From: Nitrospira lenta
GTDB taxonomy: Bacteria > Nitrospirota > Nitrospiria > Nitrospirales > Nitrospiraceae
Reading direction: 5' to 3'
Length of the DNA: 45,920 bases
Assembly: GCA_945906715.1 (NCBI GenBank)
Contig: CAMDRK010000001.1
Coordinates: forward strand, 1 to 45,920
Each line of letters begins with the position of its first letter. Within the stretch, counting starts at the first letter, position 1. The notes below the pieces were generated by a model, which saw only the letters and a list, made by a program, of their open reading frames with translations, was not told where the DNA came from and ran no database searches. Both the position numbers and the translations under genes were made by a program. Positions 8,343-16,225 of the stretch are shown here, in pieces.

Positions 8343-8975
8343 CTACTTGATCCGCTCCAGCGCTTCCTTAGATCGGCTCCTGACAGTTTGATCCCAATCC
8401 TCCTTCATGACAGTCGTCAGCTTCTCCTTCGCCTCACCGGCGCGCAAACGGCCCAATCCCAACGCCGCACTGGAACGGACATAGGCATGCTCGTCCTCCA
8501 ACGCCTTCAGTAGAAGAGGGATCACGGTTCTATCGTTCAGAGCCCCAAGGTAACTGGCCGCCATGCCTCGAATCCGGTGCCGCTCATCACCCAATGCCCG
8601 CTGCAGCGTCATCGCAAAGAGGTCTCGTAATCCTGGTATCGCTGACTCCAACCCATCGGCTCGATACTCATTCACCTCCATCACCGCAAAGGCGATCTCC
8701 AGCTTCTTCTCTTGTATCGTGGCCCGTTCGAACGCAACCAACAACTTCGCGCGTTCCCGCCGTTGCGCCCTGCGGCGGTTGATCGCCCGGATCAACAGAA
8801 ACAGCCCCGCCGCAATCACCAATCCCGCAAACGCCACGGGAATAGCTTGATCGATCACATAGTCCTGGGTATCGAACGATAGACGCTTCCACCCCCAGAC
8901 GCCGGCAATCACGATACCGAGGACAACCCCGATGGCAATCAGATTGGTCTGGCCCGATTCAGAACGAGTGCTCAT
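8343..8975 (-). CDS. membrane-anchored HEAT-repeat protein
   Basis: Start set at ATG 8975 (MSTRSESGQTNLIAIGVVLGIVIAGVWGW, a TM segment). C-terminal HEAT-like repeats read YLGALNDRTVIPLLLKALEDEHAYVRSSAALGLG. The upstream extension in the track has poor coding character. Confidence 0.7.
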   Translation of the reverse strand: MSTRSESGQTNLIAIGVVLGIVIAGVWGWKRLSFDTQDYVIDQAIPVAFAGLVIAAGLFLLIRAINRRRAQRRERAKLLVAFERATIQEKKLEIAFAVMEVNEYRADGLESAIPGLRDLFAMTLQRALGDERHRIRGMAASYLGALNDRTVIPLLLKALEDEHAYVRSSAALGLGRLRAGEAKEKLTTVMKEDWDQTVRSRSKEALERIK

Positions 8976-10260
8976 GGGGATGGCATCATAACAGGATGGG
9001 AGGGGTGGAAGGGAGGGGCCAGGTGGGGAGTGGCGAGGCAGCTGGCATGGTCTCTGTGCTCGCAGAGCCCCCACGATAAAGCGGTGGTCGCTCGATGCGC
9101 GCAGTGGAGGCCACACCAGCCGCCTCGCTGAATGCGTGTAAAGAATTGAGTTCACCCGAGATAGCACGTTCATGAATCGTGAACAACGTGATTTAGTGAA
9201 CGGAACCGACTAAATCAACCCCGACAGCGACTAGAATTCGCCATTGGCGCGGAGGAGGAGCTGAAAGAGGTCGTCGAGACGGCGTCGGAAGACGGCTTGC
9301 GACATTTTATTTGGCGGCCGACTAGAAATGCCTCACGGTCACTACACTTCTTCTTTTACCGAGTTATGGCCATGCCTGGCTCTGCGGTTGATAGAGATAC
9401 TTCTGGAGGGCCACGAAGACGTTTCCGTTGGGCCGACCTGCAAGTCCTGGAAGAAGACCGGACCGCTCCTCGCCGATCGTAAAACACTGCCAGACCTTCG
9501 AGTTCTAATTCAAGACTTCGTGGACGGCAGTGCAAGCTCAAGCAATGACCCCCACGAATTTTCCCCTCAGCCGGTCTCCAACAACCCTGTGGTTGTTCCC
9601 TTTAGGGAAGGGGCTCGCCCGACAAGAGCCGTTGCGTCTGGATGATCGCCTCCAGCAATGCGCTCCGTTCCTCTTGCAGCTTCTTCGAAGGCGGCACGCG
9701 CGCCACAAATCGTTCCGCCGCTACCGCCAAGGCCTGCAACGTCTCGGCCATGTCCCCCTGCCTTGGGGCAGGCGACAACAAGGCTTCACGTAACAGCGCG
9801 CGCCTCCTCCTGGGCCCAACATACATCTGCGGGGCGGTCGGGTTATCTTTTTCCAACTCGGGTCGTCGAAATACCGCCATAGCTCCTCCAACGCATCAGA
9901 CAACGAGAAATAATCCGCACACTGTACTCGATTCGCGTCGGCAATTGCATCGGGGCGTGAGCACAGGGGGAATAGGGTGCCAAGCGGTGCAGCAGAATTT
10001 CTGATGTGGACGATGCGTGAGACGGCGCGACTGGCGGAAAGGATTCCGATTAAGTAGCCTGGTTTCTTTTACCTCTCCCAACGGTCAATGACCGATGGCA
10101 AGACCCGACCCAGATGTTGCCGGTCAAGAGCAACTGGGTGGCAGGAATCGGTGATGCCTGCCCGCCCTCAGGGGAGAAGATAGAGAAAACGTGGGCTGTG
10201 CGGCGGGAAAAGACTCCCGACCTCGCTTTCTTTTCCCTGGTACATTTTCTTTCTCATTTA

Positions 10261-10608
10261 TTAGTTTTCGTCGTACTTCCTTGCATTGCCGTAGGACTTT
10301 TCGACAGGGTACTTGGCTTCGTTCTTATTCATCTTCGAGAGGACTGCTGCGTTTAGATCAATGCTTAGGTCGTGGCACAGGTATGATAGAAGGATTGTAA
10401 CGTCGGCGATCTCATCCAAGACCTTCTCTCGGGAAGGACTGCTCAGCAAATGTGCAATCTCTTCCTCTGTTTTCCACAGGAATACTTCCTGCAACTCACT
10501 GGCCTCAACGGCAAGGGCAGTAGCCAGCTCTTTAGGCTTGTGGAACTGTTCCCAGTTTCGCTTGCGTCGAAATTCCAGTAGAGCTGTCATGACGCGTTCG
10601 TTTACCAT
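10261..10608 (-). CDS. MazG-like (all-alpha) nucleotide pyrophosphohydrolase, dCTPase-like
   Basis: Shows the EXXE...EXXD pattern (VEASELQEVF ... VLDEIADVTILL). ATG 10608 is preceded by GGAGAAGG. The alternative GTG 10629 would overlap the HNH stop (GTGA). Either way it is operonic with the HNH gene. Confidence 0.8.
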   Translation of the reverse strand: MVNERVMTALLEFRRKRNWEQFHKPKELATALAVEASELQEVFLWKTEEEIAHLLSSPSREKVLDEIADVTILLSYLCHDLSIDLNAAVLSKMNKNEAKYPVEKSYGNARKYDEN

Positions 10609-10625
10609 TGGCGCCTTCTCCTCAC

Positions 10626-11570
10626 TCACGCAAGATAGGTATTGCTGTTATGCCATTCCAAAAACTTTGACGAAGGCCTATCCTTTTCCGTTGCAGGCAC
10701 GACGACCAGCTTTCGGCCATGCAGCGCGTAGTAATCCCGCCCATTCTCAAATTCTTCTTTGATCTTTCTGCTTACTTCTACCGAAAGATCTGGCGTGACT
10801 GACAAATAGCCAGAATCAAATAGTTTGTGAAGGTCTGAGCGCAGCAGCAAGCCGTTAGTCGTAACGTTTGGGCCCGACTTTGCAAACGGTTGGATGTGCG
10901 CGGCCTCAAGTGCAGGGAGAGTGCGTTCGCCAGTGATCGCGCAGCGTCGCGTGTACGCGTCTGTAACAAGAACTCGAAAGGCCCCTTGGCCAAGTCTGGC
11001 CCTGGTTAGGAATTCAGCACCGTACCTTGCGACCTCTTCGGCCGATGGGGAGGCGCCGCCTGCTCGAAGCGGAGGCTCCTTGGGAACTATTCTGGCAAGC
11101 CGATCTTGGACTTCCATCCATATTTCTCGCCCAATTCTCTCCTCGCTCTCATAACTCTTCCCTTGGACAATGCTCGGCGCCCAATTGGATGGAGCGGGAA
11201 TCCAATCTCGCCTTTGAAGAAAGAAAGGATCAGCTAAAATAGTACATCCGATGGTCGGGTCGTGCTCGTGTGGCTTGTTCGATCTGAATTTCTCAATCAT
11301 TGCCCGCAGCGTTTCGAGAGAAGCAGCGCCATTCTTCTCGCCGAACGCTTCCCACGCTAGTGACAGCGGCAGATTAGAGTGGCTGACAAAGAAACCACCT
11401 CCCGCTATGAAATTATCCGGGCTATGTAGTTTGAAAAGAAAAGGCGCACCAGGCGGGATTATCTGGAATGATCCAGACCCACCAGGCCGCCAGAAATTGA
11501 CCTCATCAGGTTTGCGGCTGGCAAGAAAATCGAACCACTTGTTGTCTGTTACACCGACGTAGAATTTCAT
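10626..11570 (-). CDS. HNH endonuclease with an unassigned N-terminal domain of about 190 aa
   Basis: The C-terminal HNH region is RRCAITGERTLPALEAAHIQPFAKSGPNVTTNGLLLRSDLHKLFD. The N-terminus is MKFYVGVTDNKWFDFLASRKPDEVNFWRPGG...FLFKLHSPDNFIAGGGFF. Sits in AT-richer DNA. Confidence 0.85.
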   Translation of the reverse strand: MKFYVGVTDNKWFDFLASRKPDEVNFWRPGGSGSFQIIPPGAPFLFKLHSPDNFIAGGGFFVSHSNLPLSLAWEAFGEKNGAASLETLRAMIEKFRSNKPHEHDPTIGCTILADPFFLQRRDWIPAPSNWAPSIVQGKSYESEERIGREIWMEVQDRLARIVPKEPPLRAGGASPSAEEVARYGAEFLTRARLGQGAFRVLVTDAYTRRCAITGERTLPALEAAHIQPFAKSGPNVTTNGLLLRSDLHKLFDSGYLSVTPDLSVEVSRKIKEEFENGRDYYALHGRKLVVVPATEKDRPSSKFLEWHNSNTYLA

Positions 11571-11877
11571 AGAATCATGATGCCACCGGCTTGCGCGCCC
11601 CTTACCTAAATCACTCGCAATCAGACAGATTTCATAGAGGGCAATTTCGAGATCAGCGGCGATTCCTTTGGCAATGATGCCAGATAAGATTTACGGTAAA
11701 TGGCTCCTCGTATCTCTCGACTTATGGCACGATGCTGCTGCCCATGAAGCATTGGGGCATGATAGACCGTTGGTTCCATAGTCGCTCCCAGAGCGCATGG
11801 ACGGCAGAATACCCTTTTCCCTAAGAGAAATCACTCCGACTTGGGGGGACGTGAGTGCACAGATGGCGAGACGGGGG

Positions 11878-11961
11878 TTGGTCTGTCTAGTTGGCCAGAT
11901 CGGGAACCTCACCAGAGAAACCAGACAGATCAGATAGACCAAATAGACAAGAGAGACAAGG
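11878..11961. repeat. periodic-repeat hairpin, nonamer family, right-arm dominant
   Basis: TTGGTCTGTCTAGTTGGCC ... ACCAGAGAAACCAGACAGATCAGATAGACCAAATAGACAAGAGAGACAAGG. Confidence 0.75.
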
Positions 11962-11976
11962 ATCGAGGGGCTCCCC

Positions 11977-12494
11977 TCAAGTCTTGAACCCGATGCGGCG
12001 GGATTTCGATGGAGGCGGTCCGATTAGTTGGCGGATGGCGTCAAAGAGGGACTGAATCTGTCCATCATGGCCACCTACCTTCCGTTCGAGTTGTGCCAAC
12101 TTGGTCGCCAACCCCCTATAGCTCGCCACCAGTTCCCGCAGCTTCACGAATGCTCGCATAATGCGATATTCACTTGGATCGCACGCTTGCTTCGCAACGC
12201 ACTGGACAGCATTGCGACACCTTGTTCCGTGAATACGTAGGGCGCGTATCGGCGACCTCCTCTCCCCCTGGGTTTTGATATTCCAATTTGAAATGTCAAA
12301 GCCGCTGCTTCTTGTGCGGATAATCGAAACATAAAGTCATCGGGAAACCGATCAGCATTCCTCTTTACGGCTTTATTGAGATTGAACGTCGTGACTCCAT
12401 ACAGTTTTGCAAGGTCCGAGTCCAGCATGACTCGATGACCACGGATCAGAAGAATTGCCTGCTCAATTCTTTCACGAGGAACCAGAACGCTCAT
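11977..12494 (-). pseudogene. ORF6N-domain DNA-binding protein split by a 1-nt frameshift
   Basis: ORF 12144-12494 ends ...RAIQVNIALCEHS*. The +1 frame continues MRAFVKLRELVASYRGLATKLAQLERK...RIGFKT (11977-12159), which is the usual C-terminal half of this family. The junction is near 12160-12163. Confidence 0.7.
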
Positions 12495-12619
12495 ATTCTT
12501 TTCCGTTCTGTGCGAGAGGACTCGGGGCGAACAGAAATACCGTTTTTATCATGGAAAATCAACGCGGACGCACCTGAAATAGAACCATTCGAATGGGTGG
12601 AACAGGAGCAAAGGGCGGG

Positions 12620-12964
12620 CTAGGCTTTCTCGCCAAGGGCTTCGAGGAGGCGGTCGATCTTTTGTTTCAGAACCGGCAAGTCTCGTTCGACCACATCCCA
12701 CACCAGTTGCAAATTGACTCCAAAATAATCGTGAATCAGTTTATCTCTCATGCCGGCGATGGGCTTCCACGCTATGTCAGAGTGAGCCTCTTTCAGCGTG
12801 ACGGATACGCGCTTGATTGCTTCCCCGATGATTTCGAGGTTACGCACAACCGCATCTTGGGTCTTTCGGTCGGAAAAGAAGCTCTCCTTTCCTGTTGCTG
12901 TATAGCTCATGATGTGCTGAATGGCGTCTCGAACGTGCAGGAGATAGATGCGGTCGTCCTTCAT
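12620..12964 (-). CDS. hepT: HepT-like (DUF86) toxin, HEPN RNase
   Basis: Carries the Rx4HxY motif in GMRDKLIHDYFGV. 114 aa. Its ATG overlaps the mntA stop by 4 nt. Confidence 0.85.
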   Translation of the reverse strand: MKDDRIYLLHVRDAIQHIMSYTATGKESFFSDRKTQDAVVRNLEIIGEAIKRVSVTLKEAHSDIAWKPIAGMRDKLIHDYFGVNLQLVWDVVERDLPVLKQKIDRLLEALGEKA

Positions 12965-13251
12965 AGAGGGACAGCTTCGGCATGGATTCGCTGCTCAAGG
13001 TATGGACTCAGGCCCTGATCGGTGAGGATATCGACTTTGCGCTGTAGTAATGTTTCGAGGTCTTGGCTGAGTTCGATGAGATCCAGCAAGCTACGCCCAT
13101 TATCCATCTCAACAAGGAAGTCGACATCGCTTTCCGGACGCGCCTCCCCTCTTGCCACAGACCCAAAGATCCGCACGTTGTGGGCTCCGTGTGCCTGCGC
13201 GAGGCGCAGTATTTCCGGCCGTTTGAATTTGAGCAAGTCTGCGATACCCAT
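12961..13251 (-). CDS. mntA: MntA-like nucleotidyltransferase antitoxin
   Basis: Carries FGSVARGEARPESDVDFLV (GSxxRG...SDxD). Start set at ATG 13251 (96 aa). The 254-aa track ORF runs upstream through non-coding repeat units. Confidence 0.85.
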   Translation of the reverse strand: MGIADLLKFKRPEILRLAQAHGAHNVRIFGSVARGEARPESDVDFLVEMDNGRSLLDLIELSQDLETLLQRKVDILTDQGLSPYLEQRIHAEAVPL

Positions 13252-13426
13252 TTTACGCTCCCTGAGAAGTATCTCGTCCTTGGAGGATACTGATTTACTC
13301 ACGGCCTGACAAGCAGTACTTGCTAAGCGTTGAGGCTCAGGAGTGCGCGCGTTCCTTCGGAAGGTCTTGGAACGACGCTTTTCCAATTCGCTATGCCTCA
13401 CTCTAGGGGATCGGCCGAGGTTGTCT

Positions 13427-13973
13427 TTTACTGCGCGCATCGAGCGATATACATGTTCCCTCCAAGCTTGCTCGTTTCTCTCTAGGGATGGGGGCTGACG
13501 GATCTTCCACTGCGCGCGTCCAACGAGGGCCTTCTCAGGCCGCGCGTTGCGCGAGCACAGAAGATCATCAGGCTCCATCCCCTCCTCTGTTCTGCGAGCA
13601 AGAAGGGCACCTGGCCACTCCTTCTCATCCCTCCAGGCTTGTTTACTGTACCTCTCTGGGAATGGCACTCGTAGTGGTCCAACTGCGCACGTCGAGCGAG
13701 CACATTCCGATCGTGCGCGCTCCACCTTCTACTTGGAGGGCGGGCTAGATGGTCTCCCACTGCGCGTGTCCAACGAGGGGTTTCTGAGGCCGCGCGTTGC
13801 ACGAGCACAGGAGACCGTCTAGCCTGACCTCTCATGCTCCCTCCAAGCTCGCTCGCTATTTTCTCAGGGATGGGGCCTGATTGATCTTCCACTGCGCGCG
13901 TCCAACGAGGGCCTTCCCAGGCCGCGCGTTGCGCGAGCACAGAAGATCATCAGGCCCCATCCCCTCCCCCTCT
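13427..13973 (+). repeat. tandem array of CACTGCGCGC-core palindromic elements (family PCORE)
   Basis: Three full A-type units lie at about 13452-13583, 13740-13825 and 13834-13973. Their core is CCACTGCGCG(C/T)GTCCAACGAGGG-N-GGCCGCGCGTTGC(G/A)CGAGCACAG. B-type variants lie at about 13427-13450 and 13660-13735 (ACTGCGC(G/A)C(A/G)TCGAGCGA). A shared leader CATG(T/C)TCCCTCCAAGCT(T/C)GCTCG is seen twice. Confidence 0.85.
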
Positions 13974-14008
13974 TGAATCTTCGTCCTAGTACGGACTACT
14001 CTTCCGCT

Positions 14009-14455
14009 ATGGAGTTACCGCATCTGAAGGATGATCCCTATCTGAAAGTGTTGCGGCCGCTCGTCGAGGCCTATCTTGCCTTTTGGCGTATCGACACCCG
14101 CCATATCAAATCTCTTCGGCTGACGCCCTCACAGTTCGACGTCATCGCCACGCTAGGAGATACGGAGGGCATGACCTGCTCAGAACTCTCTACCCAAACG
14201 CTCGTCACCAAAGGCACGCTCACCGGCGTCCTCGATCGCCTCGTCGCCAAAGGTCTGATCCGGCGGGATGCGATGAAGGGAGATCGCCGTTGCACCAAGA
14301 TCTCGTTAACCGTGAAAGGCGATGCGCTCTTTCGCAAGACTTTTGCAGCCCACTTGGCCTTTCTTCGCCCATTCTTTGAACGGGCCTTGAACCCCGAAGA
14401 AGTGAACCAAACGCGCGCGCTACTCCTGCGCCTTCGGGATAGCTTTCAACAATAG
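14009..14455 (+). CDS. MarR-family transcriptional regulator
   Basis: The winged-HTH region is LTPSQFDVIATLGDTEGMTCSELSTQTLVTKGTLTGVLDRLVAKGLIRR. ATG 14009 is preferred over TTG 13973, which lies inside a repeat. Confidence 0.85.
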   Translation: MELPHLKDDPYLKVLRPLVEAYLAFWRIDTRHIKSLRLTPSQFDVIATLGDTEGMTCSELSTQTLVTKGTLTGVLDRLVAKGLIRRDAMKGDRRCTKISLTVKGDALFRKTFAAHLAFLRPFFERALNPEEVNQTRALLLRLRDSFQQ

Positions 14456-14473
14456 GTTGAGGTGATCTGATCT

Positions 14474-15229
14474 ATGCGTTTAACAATTCTCGGCTCCGGC
14501 ACAAACATACATCCCACGCGCGCAGCCTCTGGCTACCTCGTCCGCACTGACCATACAATCCTATTGGACTTTGGCCCTCGCACACTGGCGAATCTCCTAA
14601 AGACCGGCGTGAACCGGCATCGGATCACCCATATTCTTTTCTCCCATTACCACGCCGATCACTTTTCAGACTTCATCACCTATTTCTTCGATGCGATGAT
14701 CTTTACGAAATATCAAGGAGGGACAAGGCCGCCGCTGACCGTCATCGGCCCTCGCGGGACGAAGAAGTTCTTCCAGACCCTCTTCACTACCATGCCAGGC
14801 TTTACACAGGCGCCGTTTGCGGTTCATTTCAAAGAAGTCGCCGATCGGGCGTTTATGATCGGAAAGACAACCGTGATTCCCCGAACGGTGACCCACACAG
14901 AGAACCTCCATTGCCTGGGATATCGAATTGAGTATGGAGGGAAGGCGCTGGCCTATTCCGGCGACTCGCAATACTGCGACAGCCTCGTGCGCCTCTGTGG
15001 AGACGCCGATCTCGCAGTGCTGGACTGCTCTTTCCCGGCAAGTCGACCGAACCCGGTTCATCTGCATGCCGGTCAATGTGGGCAGGTGGCTAAAGAAGCT
15101 GGAATCGGCCAACTCGTCTTATCGCACTTCTATCCAGTTACAGACCGATACAATGTGCGGGAACAGGCAGGGGAACCGTTCGGGGGAAAGATTATCGTCG
15201 GGCGGGACTTGCTCACAATCAAACTCTAG
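14474..15229 (+). CDS. MBL-fold metallo-hydrolase (RNase Z/BN-like)
   Basis: HxHxDH motif in SHYHADHFSD. 251 aa, with later His and Asp ligands present. Confidence 0.85.
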   Translation: MRLTILGSGTNIHPTRAASGYLVRTDHTILLDFGPRTLANLLKTGVNRHRITHILFSHYHADHFSDFITYFFDAMIFTKYQGGTRPPLTVIGPRGTKKFFQTLFTTMPGFTQAPFAVHFKEVADRAFMIGKTTVIPRTVTHTENLHCLGYRIEYGGKALAYSGDSQYCDSLVRLCGDADLAVLDCSFPASRPNPVHLHAGQCGQVAKEAGIGQLVLSHFYPVTDRYNVREQAGEPFGGKIIVGRDLLTIKL

Positions 15230-15246
15230 CAAGATGCTGAAAAGGT
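15229..15246 (+). repeat. P125 left-terminus fragment
   Basis: GCAAGATGCTGAAAAGGT begins on the G of the MBL gene's TAG. It runs straight into a nonamer hairpin. Confidence 0.5.
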
Positions 15247-15248
15247 AG

Positions 15249-15330
15249 CCTGTCTGTCTTGTTCATTTGGTCTGTCCGGTCTGTCTGGTTTGTGGACCAG
15301 ATAGACGGAATAGACCAGACAGACTGGTCC
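15249..15330. repeat. periodic-repeat hairpin, nonamer family
   Basis: CCTGTCTGTCTTGTTCATTTGGTCTGTCCGGTCTGTCTGGTTTGTGG / ACCAGATAGACGGAATAGACCAGACAGACTGGTCC. Lies between convergent genes. Confidence 0.85.
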
Positions 15331-15337
15331 GCGCCGG

Positions 15338-16225
15338 TTACAGTCCGCCTTCTTTGTTGTCGCAGCCCAGGATCTCGATAAACTTCGTGAGGCGGGCCTT
15401 TCTGAGGGGATCGTCGAGTTTGGCATAGATGGCTAAAAGGTTCTTGATCATGCGGGAGAGAATGGCGCGCACCGGGCTTTCTTGTAGATATTTCTCGTCG
15501 AACCCATAGCCGGCTTCGGTGAGAAACCGCTGGCAGTTTTTCTCGGTCAGCAATGCCCCCCCGTTAAAACAATCGACGAACACCTTGTAACGATCCGATT
15601 CGTACTTCACTAAGAAGTGCCCCGGCATTCCTATCCCATGAACCGGAAGGCCCAGCCGCTTCCCCACCAGGAGATACACCGTCGAAAGGCTGATCGGAAT
15701 ACCCGTCCGCCGGTCGATTACACAGTTGAGATAACTATTCTCCAACTCATAATAGTTCTTCGTGTTGCCTTTGAAGCCCTGTTCCGTGAAGAGGTAGCGG
15801 TTCAATGTCTTGATCGTTTCCTCCCCTGACGCCCGGGGACCGATCCGATCTTGTACTTCCTGTGCCATCTCATCGAGCTGTCGCCTATACGAGTCGACCG
15901 TCAGGGAGGGGTAGGCATAACGGGCGATCAGAAAAGCGCTGCGTTCAAGATCCATCGAGCCGTCCGGCAGCGCCGCCAGCTGTGTGAGTTCATCCTCGAG
16001 ATTCCCACCGCGGATTTCCTCGAGTATCGACACAAGGCGGTCGGCCATTTCCGGCTGTTCAATTTCCGCTTCCTGAAGCAGGGGAACCGCAGTGGGGCCG
16101 ATGTCGATGAGTTTTCCGCTGATGGTCTGGACGATCTTCTCGTCCTCATCGGCCAGCAGCCGGATCAGCGCTCGGATTTGGCTTTCGTTTATCAGCATGG
16201 TGGGATTCCCGGACAGCCCGCTCAT
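15338..16225 (-). CDS. transglutaminase-like / SirB1-type protein with helical repeats
   Basis: Core reads GIPISLSTVYLLVGKRLGLPVHGIGMPGHFLVKY, with a HEAT/TPR-like N-terminus. ATG 16225 shares one base with the permease stop (TGATG). Confidence 0.7.
   Translation of the reverse strand: MSGLSGNPTMLINESQIRALIRLLADEDEKIVQTISGKLIDIGPTAVPLLQEAEIEQPEMADRLVSILEEIRGGNLEDELTQLAALPDGSMDLERSAFLIARYAYPSLTVDSYRRQLDEMAQEVQDRIGPRASGEETIKTLNRYLFTEQGFKGNTKNYYELENSYLNCVIDRRTGIPISLSTVYLLVGKRLGLPVHGIGMPGHFLVKYESDRYKVFVDCFNGGALLTEKNCQRFLTEAGYGFDEKYLQESPVRAILSRMIKNLLAIYAKLDDPLRKARLTKFIEILGCDNKEGGL

Noticed and set aside
11965-11978. GAGGGG-CT-CCCCTC hairpin overlapping the ORF6N stop, considered as an intrinsic terminator
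   Set aside because: The loop is too small for the full stem, and the downstream sequence is the nonamer repeat rather than a clean U-tract. It cannot be separated from the adjacent hairpin element.
12585-12596. Perfect 12-bp palindrome CCATTCGAATGG between hepT and the ORF6N gene, considered as an operator or terminator
   Set aside because: It is too short to distinguish from chance by eye, it lacks a T-tract, and no second copy was seen.
12961-13725. 254-aa version of the MntA ORF, and ORFs 13482-13940, 13488-13748 and 13547-13822
   Set aside because: Everything upstream of 13251 is PCORE repeat sequence, and the same peptide strings recur at 37255 and 20790. Only the C-terminal 96 aa has nucleotidyltransferase motifs.
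13427-13973. Possible CRISPR array, because of regularly recurring units of about 100 nt
   Set aside because: The units are long imperfect palindromes with irregular spacing, and copies are dispersed elsewhere (20.9 kb, 37.3 kb). There are no short direct repeats with unique spacers and no cas genes.
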